Source: an uncultured Piscirickettsiaceae bacterium
GTDB lineage: Bacteria; Pseudomonadota; Gammaproteobacteria; GCF-002020875
NCBI GenBank assembly: GCA_964344325.1
Contig: CAYFMX010000010.1
Location: 2,332-66,331, forward strand
DNA length: 64,000 nucleotides
Reading direction: 5' to 3'
Of this stretch, positions 20,480 to 29,256 are shown piece after piece; the first letter of the stretch is position 1, and each line of letters opens with the position of its first letter. The notes beneath the pieces were generated by a model. The model ran no database searches. It was given only the letters and a program-made list of their open reading frames with translations, and had not been told where the DNA came from. Made by a program: the position numbers and the translations under genes.

Positions 20480-20821
20480 CTATGTTGCAGGGACAAAGCA
20501 ACCATCTACATTATCAACATCAGCTACATCAGCTACATCTTGATCTTCTGCCTTCTGATTTTCTATTAAACCACTAGCTTGGGCTTTAGTAATCACTACC
20601 TTAGTCTTGGTATCTTGATAAATCTTTTTGTAAGCTGAAATATCGTCTTCTGTATATTCATACGAATTCGAGCTATTTTTTGTCATTTGTAAAGCAATGA
20701 CTTCTGGATGCACCCCCTTTTCACACACTTTTCCTACACGTTCAATAGTCGAACCCGCCCGACTAGTAGGACTAGAGACTTTATCCAAGCTATCTTCAAC
20801 TGCATCAACAATTTTCGACAT
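20480..20821 (-). CDS. hypothetical small protein inserted between grpE and dnaK
   Basis: 113-aa ORF. AT-rich versus flanking heat-shock genes. Sits 44 nt upstream of dnaK and directly downstream of a sigma-32-type promoter. Confidence 0.45.
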   Translation of the reverse strand: MSKIVDAVEDSLDKVSSPTSRAGSTIERVGKVCEKGVHPEVIALQMTKNSSNSYEYTEDDISAYKKIYQDTKTKVVITKAQASGLIENQKAEDQDVADVADVDNVDGCFVPAT

Positions 20822-20904
20822 AATTTTTCTCCAAACTCAAATTTTTTAAATAACTAAAATACCTTAAAACTGTTCGAGCACTTCCAAATCATCACGAATG
20901 CCCC

Positions 20905-20934
20905 ATCAATGGGGGCTGGATTTCTACTTTCAAG
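20905..20934 (-). promoter_or_regulatory. sigma-32 (RpoH)-type heat-shock promoter
   Basis: Minus strand CTTGAAA-(13 nt)-CCCCATTGAT matches the consensus CTTGAAA-N13-15-CCCCATnT. Located upstream of ORF 20480-20821 and dnaK. Confidence 0.6.
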
Positions 20935-20950
20935 GAATTTTTTGATTTTT

Positions 20951-21556
20951 TCATGAAGCAACCACAATCACTTTCGCGGCACGAATCAATCGTCCATTGA
21001 GCAGATAGCCCTTCTGGATCACATCCATCACAGTATTCGGTTCCATCTCCGGGTTTGGGACCATTGTCATCGCTTCGTGCTGTTCTGGATCGAACTTCGC
21101 TCCCATCGCATCAACCACTTCGACATTAAATTTCTCCAGCACACCCAGCATCTGCTTGCGGGTCAAATCCATTCCTTCACGCAATTTCTGGAACTCTTCG
21201 GAATTTTCCCCAGCATCATCCGCCGCCTTTAACCCCAAGTCCATGCTATCGACCACTCCGAGCAACTCTTTGACAAATGGCTCCAGCGCAAATTTGTGCG
21301 CGTTTTCAATATCACGAGTGGTACGCTTGCGCAGATTGTCCATCTCCGCCTGTGTGCGAGTCATGCGGTCAAAATAATCCGCGACTTTTGCTTCCAACTC
21401 CTCAATTTGCTGCTCTGGTGCACTAAATTGCAGCAAATCTTCTTCTGAGTTTTCTGCACCTAGATTCAACTCAATCGCCTCGTCTGCGTTTGCCGCATCC
21501 GTATTTTCCGCCGCCAACTCTTCCTGATTTTTCTCCGCTTCACTCATCCAAAACAC
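20951..21556 (-). CDS. grpE: nucleotide exchange factor GrpE
   Basis: GrpE coiled-coil and C-terminal domain (DNLRKRTTRD...FDPEQHEAM). Start possibly at MSEAEK (21547). Confidence 0.9.
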   Translation of the reverse strand: MFWMSEAEKNQEELAAENTDAANADEAIELNLGAENSEEDLLQFSAPEQQIEELEAKVADYFDRMTRTQAEMDNLRKRTTRDIENAHKFALEPFVKELLGVVDSMDLGLKAADDAGENSEEFQKLREGMDLTRKQMLGVLEKFNVEVVDAMGAKFDPEQHEAMTMVPNPEMEPNTVMDVIQKGYLLNGRLIRAAKVIVVAS

Positions 21557-21696
21557 CCTCTACAAAAAAGAAATACCTTGCCCTGCTCCCAATTCTAGAA
21601 ATCTGAAATTGGAAACTTGAAAAAAGAAACTGATTTTATTGAAGTTCTGAACTCAAACCACAGAACAACAAAAAACAATGGAACCGAAAATGGGGG

Positions 21697-22755
21697 CTAA
21701 CGAGCCAAATTCAAGGCTGATCCCAATAATTTTGCAGTCATATCGACCAACGGGATTACCCGGTCGTAGGCCATGCGGGTCGGACCTATGACACCGAGCA
21801 CACCAACCACCTGGTCTTCCACACGATAAGGCGCAGTAATTACGCTGCAATCATCAAAAGTTTCAAAACCGGATTCTTCGCCGATGAAAATCTGCACGCC
21901 GTCGGAATCCATACAACGATCTAGCAAGTGCAACATTGACTGTTTTTGGCTGAATGTCTCAAACAACTGACGTAAGTGGTTCACATCACCGAGTTCTTCG
22001 TAGTTCATCAGCTGAGTACGCCCACGCACCAGCACCTCATCCTCATCCTGACCTTGCAAAGTTTGGTCAAACATTGGTTGCGCCGCAGCCTGCACCACTG
22101 CCCGCATCGATTGATCCACTTCCTGCCGTGCCCGATCCAACTCTTCCAGCAAGCGACCACGCACCAACGCCAAATCTTCTCCGGCAAATTGCGCATTGAA
22201 CCAGTTCGCCGCCTGTTGCAATTGCGATTCGGAAAACGGCTGCTCGGTTTTGATGATGCGGTTCTGCACCTCGTTGCCCTGCGTCACCAGAATCGCCAGC
22301 ACTTCGTGTTCGGAAAGCGCGACAAACTCCAGCTGCCGCAAAATCACTTGCTCGCGGCGCGGCACCATCACCACGCTCGCCATTTGCGTCATTTCTGAAA
22401 GTAGCGAAGAGGCCGAAGAGAAAATCTCTTCCGGGCGTTTCCCATCTGCACTGACTTGTGATTCCAGTTGTTGCACTTGTGCTGTTTCCAGCGGCTGTAC
22501 AGTCAGCAGCGAATCGACAAAAAACCGATAACCTTTTTGCGTTGGAATGCGCCCTGCGGAGACGTGTGGTGCGGCGATCAATCCCATCGCGCCTAAATCG
22601 GACATGGTGTTGCGGATTGTCGCCGAACTGACTTTCAGCCCCGGCTCGCGGGAGAGCGTGGTTGAGCCGACCGGTCGGCCTTCACGGATATGATGCTCCA
22701 CCAACGCTTTCAGCAAGCGTTGTGCACGGTCTGTGAGCGGGATTTCCTTGCCCAT
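21697..22755 (-). CDS. hrcA: heat-inducible transcription repressor HrcA
   Basis: N-terminal winged-helix DRAQRLLKALVEHHIREGRPVGS. 352 aa. Upstream of grpE. Confidence 0.9.
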   Translation of the reverse strand: MGKEIPLTDRAQRLLKALVEHHIREGRPVGSTTLSREPGLKVSSATIRNTMSDLGAMGLIAAPHVSAGRIPTQKGYRFFVDSLLTVQPLETAQVQQLESQVSADGKRPEEIFSSASSLLSEMTQMASVVMVPRREQVILRQLEFVALSEHEVLAILVTQGNEVQNRIIKTEQPFSESQLQQAANWFNAQFAGEDLALVRGRLLEELDRARQEVDQSMRAVVQAAAQPMFDQTLQGQDEDEVLVRGRTQLMNYEELGDVNHLRQLFETFSQKQSMLHLLDRCMDSDGVQIFIGEESGFETFDDCSVITAPYRVEDQVVGVLGVIGPTRMAYDRVIPLVDMTAKLLGSALNLAR

Positions 22756-22828
22756 GTTTTCTTTCTTGCAGTCCGTCGGGTTGAGTCGCGGGAATGGCTG
22801 GATACCAAGTTGATTAAGGCCGCGAAGG

Positions 22829-22855
22829 TTAGCACCCGTTGAACGAGAGTGCCAG
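22829..22855 (-). promoter_or_regulatory. CIRCE-like inverted repeat (HrcA operator), partly degenerate
   Basis: TTAGCACCC-N9-GAGTGCCAG versus consensus TTAGCACTC-N9-GAGTGCTAA (8/9 and 7/9). About 75 nt upstream of the hrcA start. Confidence 0.5.
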
Positions 22856-22956
22856 AAATGAAATCCCTATGATGCAAATTTGAAACCCGCCCCCCCCCTA
22901 ATATAATGGTCAAGTTTTTTTGTAGAGAAATTAAGCCGCTTTTTTCATTCGTCGTT

Positions 22957-23421
22957 TCAATTGATTTCACGGGAACCCGGATCCAGCACACAAGCCAGAT
23001 AGCTCCATCCAGCGTGGGTCTTGATGTAGGTAATGTCGCCAACCCAATGAGTATGGCAGGTTCCGGGATTGAATTTCCGCTGCAGCAAATTCGGTGCTTT
23101 GGGATGCTGTTCGCCGCTGTTGGGGTAGGAATGTCGTTTTTTAGGGGAAACAGCAACGATCCCTGCTTCCTCCATTAGTGAAGCCACCCGGTACAATCCG
23201 ATTTCAATCCCTTGATTTTTCAATGCCTTCTTTATCCTGCGTTTCCCGTACGTGTGGTCGCTTTCTTTTGATATCCGATGCATTTTTTGGATAACCAATT
23301 GTTTTTCAGGGGATTCCACTTTATTCAGATGATAGTAACAGGTGCTTTCTTTGACTTTGAACACGTGGCATAGCGTGCGGATAGAGTATTCTGAATTAGC
23401 CTTCTTCAGCCCGGAAATCAA
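22957..23421 (-). pseudogene. IS3-family transposase OrfB, 3'-truncated
   Basis: 154 aa covering only the N-terminal portion of the integrase-core domain. The catalytic DDE region is incomplete. Confidence 0.6.
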
Positions 23422-23729
23422 CGCAACGCGCTGTTTTCCCTTGCGAAGAAGGCAGCCGCCTTTTTTAAAATTTCATTGTCCTGTTTGGCCTGCCATAGTT
23501 GTTTTTCAAGCGCCTGAATTTTCTGTTGTTCCTCCGCGAATGCCTTCCCTTGCGGGGTTTTGCCTTCCAGTTCTTCGCGGTACTATTTTTTCCAGCGCGT
23601 CACCGCCGATGCACCAGCACCGGAGATTTCCATTATTTTTTTGTTGCTGTAATTTTCCTCCACCATAAGTTTGGCATAATGCTGCCGCTGTTCCGGGGTG
23701 AAAGAAATCCGTTCTTTTCTTGTGGTCAT
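22957..23729 (-). mobile_element. IS3-family insertion sequence remnant
   Basis: orfA: HTH transposase N-terminus MTTRKERISFTPEQRQHYAKLMVEEN, then frameshifts. orfB-like ORF 22957-23421 has the HTH_21 region and the start of the rve/DDE domain (HTHWVGDITYIKT...LACVLD) but is truncated. No intact terminal inverted repeats identified. Confidence 0.65.
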
Positions 23730-24149
23730 TTGGTTTTTTTCCAGAGTATTTGAAGAGGAATATAGGCTATAAAACTCTCTGAAATTATTTAAACCACTAC
23801 ATTCCTCGAATGAACCACCATTAAAACTACTCAGGCGGGTTTCTTCATCCTCTTCAAGTAGATGGGCGTAGTAGATATTACCAATATGCTTGATTTGATC
23901 GCCTGAAAGCTCTTGCAATGGCAGCTGCTTGAGCTGCTCCAGCCTCCTGCGGTGGGCTTCAAACTTCTCATCTACCTCAATAGCAGCAATACGGACAAGC
24001 CTCAGGGCTTCCCGATAATCTTTAGTCTTGAGTGAGAAAGTTTCTTCGCGTTTACCGTACGTATCCCGAATATCTGTAGGGACTGCTGCACGGTGATAGT
24101 AGGTTGAATTACGGCGGTATAGACGGGTGTGTCCAGACATCTTCTCCAT
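23730..24149 (-). pseudogene. tyrosine-type phage integrase N-terminal fragment, interrupted by IS3 orfA
   Basis: N-terminal TRLYRRNSTYYHRAAVPTDIRDTYGKREETFSLKTKDYREALRL resembles the arm-binding N-terminus of P4-like integrases. The frame runs directly into the IS3 orfA sequence. Located 90 nt from the tRNA-Ser 3' end. Confidence 0.5.
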
Positions 24150-24240
24150 AGCTCCACTGTAACACCCTGATGTAACAGTGAGAAGATTAACCGTCTGATT
24201 TACTTATAACTTATTGAAGTTATAGGAGAATAGTAGTGTA

Positions 24241-24332
24241 TGGCGGAGGGATAGGGATTCGAACCCTAGATAGGCTACAAACCTATGCCGGTTTTCAAGA
24301 CCGGTGCATTCAACCAGCTCTGCCATCCCTCC
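24241..24332 (-). tRNA. tRNA-Ser (anticodon UGA)
   Basis: 92-nt type II tRNA: acceptor GGAGGGA/TCCCTCC, anticodon stem CCGGT/ACCGG with loop CTTGAAA, long variable arm CATAGGTTTGTAGCCTATC, TTCGAAT T-loop, CCA encoded. Confidence 0.85.
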
Positions 24333-24455
24333 GGGAAGCAGCGCATTCTAATAAAGTTAAAAACTGATTTCCAGCGGATTTTTTCATCATGCACAAAAAA
24401 ACCTGATGCGCCGAAGCACATCAGGTTTCCTTTGATCAAGTCAGCAAGTTTTCGC

Positions 24456-24878
24456 TTACTGGCGAGCTTTTGGAGCCTCTGGAGCTGGCGCATAGTGCGG
24501 AGCCGGAGCCATGCCGCCCATACCCATGCCACCCATGCCGCCATAAGGGCCATATGGATAACCACGATAATGCGGCTGATATGGGTAGCTCTCTGATCTC
24601 CAGTCAGAATCACCCTGGAAGCGAGTATCGTTAGACGCATCCCAGTCTGTATCCATATCCGTATGGCCTTTACCGGAAGCGTTTACAGTCATGCTGAAGT
24701 CGCCTTCTGCATCACCTGTACCGCGACCTGCGCCACGACCGCGGGAATCCATCGCGCCGTCCGCAGAACCTGTGCCATAACCGTGGTAGTTGTCGTCATC
24801 GCTGAAGAATGCGGAAGCCCCTGTAGAAGCCATCGCAGCCAAAGCAATTGCAGCAATCATCTTTTTCATTGTGCTCAT
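24456..24878 (-). CDS. secreted Gly/Tyr/Pro-rich low-complexity protein (possible sulfur-globule-protein-like envelope protein)
   Basis: Signal peptide MSTMKKMIAAIALAAMASTGASA. C-terminal YPYQPHYRGYPYGPYGGMGGMGMGGMAPAPHYAPAP low-complexity region. Confidence 0.5.
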   Translation of the reverse strand: MSTMKKMIAAIALAAMASTGASAFFSDDDNYHGYGTGSADGAMDSRGRGAGRGTGDAEGDFSMTVNASGKGHTDMDTDWDASNDTRFQGDSDWRSESYPYQPHYRGYPYGPYGGMGGMGMGGMAPAPHYAPAPEAPKARQ

Positions 24879-25119
24879 CCTCTAAGTTTTACGAAAGTTA
24901 AAAATCTTGGTTAAAAGTGGGTGAAAGAAATGATGTCCGAAAACCTGTTCACAACTTCTTACCGCTTCATGCTTTCGTACCATCCCAAACTCTGGAACCA
25001 ATCCTACAATTGATTCCTTGAATGATAAAATAATAATATTCTATATGCTAATAAATTTTACTTATGATCTTCCAATTTTTCTCTAACATTCCAACTTTTC
25101 CCAACTATCACCGCTATCC

Positions 25120-26700
25120 TCAATGTTCGCGGGTTGCATGGAAGGTAACATCTGGCCAACGTTCCATCGCCAAATCCAGATTGACGCGCGTCGGCGCAAG
25201 ATACGTGAGGTTCCCACCACCATCCATTGCCAGATTGTCGCGGTTTTTGGATTTGAACTCCTCCAGTTTCACAGCATCCTCACACGTTACCCAGCGTGCC
25301 GTTTGGACAGAGACATTTTCATAAATTGCCTCAACCTTATACTCGTGTTTAAGGCGGTGGGCAACCACATCAAACTGCAACACACCAACCGCGCCCAAAA
25401 CCAGATTGTTGTTCTCCAGTGGCATGAACAACTGCGTCGCCCCCTCCTCTGAAAGTTGCTGCAACCCTTTTTGCAACTGCTTGTTTTTCAGCGGGTCTTT
25501 AAGCCGCACCAGCCGGAACAGTTCTGGCGCAAAATGCGGAATACCGGTGAACTGGATCGTCTCCCCCTGGCTAAAACTGTCACCGATCTGGATCGTACCG
25601 TGGTTATGCAAACCAATAATGTCGCCCGACCACGCTTCCTCCGCATGCTCACGATCCCCCGCACGGAAGGTGAGCGCATTAGGCACATTTATGTCCTTAT
25701 TGATCCGTGACTGATGTAATTTCATCCCTTGCGAAAATTTTCCGGAACAAATCCGCATAAACGCAATGCGATCACGGTGTTTCGGATCCATGTTTGCCTG
25801 GATTTTGAAGACAAACCCGGTCAATTTCTCTTCGCTCGGTTCGACCGTGCGGGTCTCTGCATCGCGAGATTGGGGGGATGGTGCAATTTCTACAAAACCA
25901 TCCAACATCTCTTTCACACCAAAATTACCCAATGCTGTGCCGAAGTAAACAGGTGTTAACTCCCCGGCAAGATATTCATCCAGATCAAATTCGTGACTCG
26001 CACCACGCACCAGTTCCAGTTCTTCGCGTAAATCTTCTGCAAGTGAACCAATCGCTTCATCTAATTCAGGATTATCTAATCCTTTGATAATCCGTTCTTC
26101 CTGAATCGTATGGCCTTGACCCGTTTGATAGAGCACAGTCTGGTCATTATCCAGTTCATAGATGCCTTTGAACTGCTTGCCCATACCGATTGGCCAGTTG
26201 ATGGGCGCACATTTGATGTTGAGGATTTCCTCAACTTCGTCCAGCAACTCAATCGGATCGCGGATTTCCCGATCCATTTTGTTAATGAACGTGAGAATCG
26301 GCGTGGTACGTAGGCGGCACACTTCCATCAGTTTGATCGTACGCGCCTCAACACCTTTTGCACCGTCGATCACCATTAGCGCAGAATCGACCGCCGTCAA
26401 TGTGCGGTAGGTATCTTCAGAAAAATCCTCATGCCCCGGCGTGTCGAGCAAATTCACCATCCGCTCTTTATACGGAAACTGCATCACCGACGTAGTCACC
26501 GAAATACCGCGTTCTTTCTCCATCTCCATCCAGTCGGAAACCGCATGGCGATCCGAGCCGCGCCCCTTGACTGTACCCGCCTGCTGGATCAGCTTGCCAA
26601 ACAACAACAGTTTTTCGGTAATGGTGGTCTTGCCCGCGTCGGGGTGAGAAATAATCGCAAACGTGCGGCGTTTGCCGACCTCTTCTTCAAGTTGGCTCAT
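25120..26700 (-). CDS. prfC: peptide chain release factor 3
   Basis: GTPase motifs [24 protein letters not shown]. 526 aa. Full-length RF3 similarity. Confidence 0.95.
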   Translation of the reverse strand: MSQLEEEVGKRRTFAIISHPDAGKTTITEKLLLFGKLIQQAGTVKGRGSDRHAVSDWMEMEKERGISVTTSVMQFPYKERMVNLLDTPGHEDFSEDTYRTLTAVDSALMVIDGAKGVEARTIKLMEVCRLRTTPILTFINKMDREIRDPIELLDEVEEILNIKCAPINWPIGMGKQFKGIYELDNDQTVLYQTGQGHTIQEERIIKGLDNPELDEAIGSLAEDLREELELVRGASHEFDLDEYLAGELTPVYFGTALGNFGVKEMLDGFVEIAPSPQSRDAETRTVEPSEEKLTGFVFKIQANMDPKHRDRIAFMRICSGKFSQGMKLHQSRINKDINVPNALTFRAGDREHAEEAWSGDIIGLHNHGTIQIGDSFSQGETIQFTGIPHFAPELFRLVRLKDPLKNKQLQKGLQQLSEEGATQLFMPLENNNLVLGAVGVLQFDVVAHRLKHEYKVEAIYENVSVQTARWVTCEDAVKLEEFKSKNRDNLAMDGGGNLTYLAPTRVNLDLAMERWPDVTFHATREH

Positions 26701-26810
26701 GGGAAATATCTGGAAAATCTAGATTTGAAGACAGGAAAAAAGAGCCAATTCTACCCGGATATTAATTACTGTGCTGCGCTATATCTGCGCACTCTTTTCG
26801 ATCCATTTGT

Positions 26811-28721
26811 TTAGATTGGAACCGCCTTCAAAGAAATCGTCAAAAAGAAGCCCAACAACGTCGCCAAACCAATAATTGAGCCGCCTTTGCTATACGCTTC
26901 AGGCAACATCGTCTGCGCAATCATCGTCAACATTGCACCAGCCGCCAATCCCTCTAACAATGAGAGCCAATACGGATCAGCCCCCTGCATCAAGCTGCCG
27001 AAAGCAGCACCAATACCAGTGAAGAGCGCAATCGAAACCCACATCGCCAGAATCTTGAAGCGCGAAAACCCCTCTTCCCGCATCCCGCGTGAACTGGAGA
27101 GTGCTTCTGGATAGTTGGAGAGAAACAGACCGGCAACCAATGCCAAACTGATCCCCAATCCGCCGCCGCTTGGATCAGTTTTTGCGCCGATCACGAATGA
27201 TTCCGGAATGCTATCCAGCAAAATACCAAGCCAAATCGCCACTGACGCGCCATGTTGGGAGGTAGACTCAATTCCCATCTCCAGCATCGAAGGGGGCATC
27301 TTTCCAACTTGCACCGCCTTCCGCGCCCGGCTGACCCACGCCAGCACACGCCCCTGATCGAGATTGTAACGTTGCTGGAGATAGCTGTTGAATGCGCGAC
27401 TTTTGAAATTATGCGCCAAACGCACTCCAAAATTCGGGTAATGGCGAATCAACCGCCCCAAATCGTGGCGGCGAAATGCCCAAACACCAATATCCGTTTT
27501 TGCCTCTGCGCTCATCGTATGGCGCAGATCACACAGGAACGCGAAACTGCCAATTGCATCACCCATATCCTGTGTATGGACTTTGCTTCGGTCTTCCATA
27601 TCACGCAACGTCACTTCGCCATGATCAATGATGTAAAAGTAATTGGCTGGCTCACACTGCTCGTACAATTTCTCCCCGGCCTTATAGCGACGATAGGTGA
27701 GAAAATGCCCAAACTGCTCCGCTTCATTTGGACTCATATCCTCCAACCACGGGATGCGCTCCAGCGGATGGGCAGCGACAAATGCGGCAAAACGGTCAGA
27801 CAGGCTTTCAAACGGTTTCGCATCAGGCAAATGGCCACTCTGCTCGCAATCGACCTCCTCACGTACCTGATCACGCCACTGCGCAATTTCTGCATCATCC
27901 ATCCCTACAGCACGCAAGTGTTTGCGGATATCCTTCCCAGTCAGCAACCATTGAGAGACTGCTTCACGGAAAGCAGATGAGGCTTCCAGCAATTGCAATC
28001 CGGTCTCTTTCGGCAACGTTGGAATCCAACTGTCCCTGGTGGTGCGAGCGATCTTGGCGTGCGGCGTGCCAGTGAAAAAAGGCCGCAGCCCGAAAGTACT
28101 GTTTTCGCCGACTACCTCTGGTGCTTCTGTGCTGCCGGGCGTTTCCAGTTCAACACAACCGCGCCCCACCATATAGAGCGTCTCGGACGGATCGCCCGGC
28201 ATGTAGAGGATGCTTCCCTTGGCATAAAAGCGCGTCTCCACATGATCGGCGATAAAACGAACTTCGTCATCCTGTTGCAGCTTGCTGAAAAGCGTTGTCC
28301 GTCCCAACCCCTGCATAATTTTGATCAGGTTTTTGCGTGCCGTGGTATTCCGGTGCACCACCACCGAAGAGTGCTTGCGACGGTATCCACCAAAATTGCT
28401 GACGGCCTTGTCCAACAGGAAAAAGATCAGTCCACCCGCTAGCCCACCAAGCGTCAACCCGCCAAAATGACCATGTTCCACCGCTGGGGCAACCAGATCA
28501 ATCGCCAACGCGGCGAGCAACGCCCCACCCCCGAATGCCATCAATGCTGCAACGACGCGTGGTTCCGGTCGCCACAGGAACGAATGTAACGCGCCCAATG
28601 GCAGGGAAATCGCACTGACAATCCCGATCAGAAAGGCAGTAAAGGCAAGTTGTTCAAGCGCAGTCATAGCCGTGCAATTTTCTCTTTCTATAGTCTCTAA
28701 AACAGTCTCAAAAAAATGCAC
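26811..28721 (-). CDS. ZIP-family metal transporter with two cyclic-nucleotide-binding domains inserted in the central cytoplasmic loop
   Basis: N-terminal and C-terminal polytopic segments resemble ZupT/ZIP (GISLALVAGLFLSNYPEALSSS ... LLEGLAAGAMLTMIAQTMLPEAY). The middle about 330 aa contains two CAP/cNMP-binding-like beta-roll regions (FYAKGSILYMPGDPSETLYMVGRGCVELE; YKAGEKLYEQCEPANYFYIIDHGEVTL). Confidence 0.55.
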   Translation of the reverse strand: MHFFETVLETIERENCTAMTALEQLAFTAFLIGIVSAISLPLGALHSFLWRPEPRVVAALMAFGGGALLAALAIDLVAPAVEHGHFGGLTLGGLAGGLIFFLLDKAVSNFGGYRRKHSSVVVHRNTTARKNLIKIMQGLGRTTLFSKLQQDDEVRFIADHVETRFYAKGSILYMPGDPSETLYMVGRGCVELETPGSTEAPEVVGENSTFGLRPFFTGTPHAKIARTTRDSWIPTLPKETGLQLLEASSAFREAVSQWLLTGKDIRKHLRAVGMDDAEIAQWRDQVREEVDCEQSGHLPDAKPFESLSDRFAAFVAAHPLERIPWLEDMSPNEAEQFGHFLTYRRYKAGEKLYEQCEPANYFYIIDHGEVTLRDMEDRSKVHTQDMGDAIGSFAFLCDLRHTMSAEAKTDIGVWAFRRHDLGRLIRHYPNFGVRLAHNFKSRAFNSYLQQRYNLDQGRVLAWVSRARKAVQVGKMPPSMLEMGIESTSQHGASVAIWLGILLDSIPESFVIGAKTDPSGGGLGISLALVAGLFLSNYPEALSSSRGMREEGFSRFKILAMWVSIALFTGIGAAFGSLMQGADPYWLSLLEGLAAGAMLTMIAQTMLPEAYSKGGSIIGLATLLGFFLTISLKAVPI

Positions 28722-28846
28722 TGTACAGCAAAAAAGTTACAAAACGCATGCTCTCTGACCGGAAAATCTTTTTATCCCGGCATTCAAAAGAATGCTATAG
28801 TGGCTTCTATCTAAATGTCTGACTTTTTTACTAGGGAATAGCGCAT

Positions 28847-29242
28847 ATGAGCAACGATACCGAACTCAATTTCACCTATGAAGAACGTCAACATTTAACC
28901 ATCCGCGTGCTCTCTGTGATGCGCGACTGGAAGCTGAGTGAAACAGAACAGATGGTGTTGCTCGGTCTAGCCCACGAAAAACCGCGTATGTTGACTAAAT
29001 TGCGTAATGGCACGCCACTGCCGGATGATCAGGACATTTTGCAGCGGGTGCGCCATCTCGTCGGGATCGGCGACGCGCTGGAGCGCAACTACCCACGAAC
29101 CCAGGGCGGCGGGCAAGTATGGCTGCGGCACACCAACAAATATCTCAATAAACGTACACCCATCGCAATGATGCTGGAAGATGGAATTTACGGAATGCAC
29201 CAGGTCTGGATTCGCCTCGACTGCACTCAGGGATGGGATTAA
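28847..29242 (+). CDS. Xre/MbcA/ParS-like toxin-binding-domain (DUF2384) protein, orphan antitoxin-like
   Basis: C-terminal WLRHTNKYLNKRTPIAMMLEDGIYGMHQVWIRLD matches the DUF2384 consensus (W L..PN..LGG.TPL.L..T..G...V...L.RI). No RES/ART toxin gene follows. Confidence 0.55.
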   Translation: MSNDTELNFTYEERQHLTIRVLSVMRDWKLSETEQMVLLGLAHEKPRMLTKLRNGTPLPDDQDILQRVRHLVGIGDALERNYPRTQGGGQVWLRHTNKYLNKRTPIAMMLEDGIYGMHQVWIRLDCTQGWD

Positions 29243-29256
29243 TAAGGAACGCTGCT

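Noticed and set aside
17642-20577. Antisense/alternate-frame ORFs within dnaJ and dnaK (e.g. 17650-17979 -, 17929-18261 +, 18619-19080 +, 19552-19950 +)
   Set aside because: Overlap highly conserved chaperone frames; no independent signals.
23342-23753. Plus-strand ORFs 23342-23668 and 23499-23753
   Set aside because: Antisense to the IS3 orfA/orfB remnant; Phe/Pro-rich translations typical of reverse-strand artefacts.
28722-28846. CTGTACAG palindrome upstream of the ZIP-cNMP gene, considered as a LexA box, and search for a Zur box
   Set aside because: LexA boxes need CTGT-N8-ACAG spacing; here the half-sites abut. No Zur-box-like AT-rich palindrome found.
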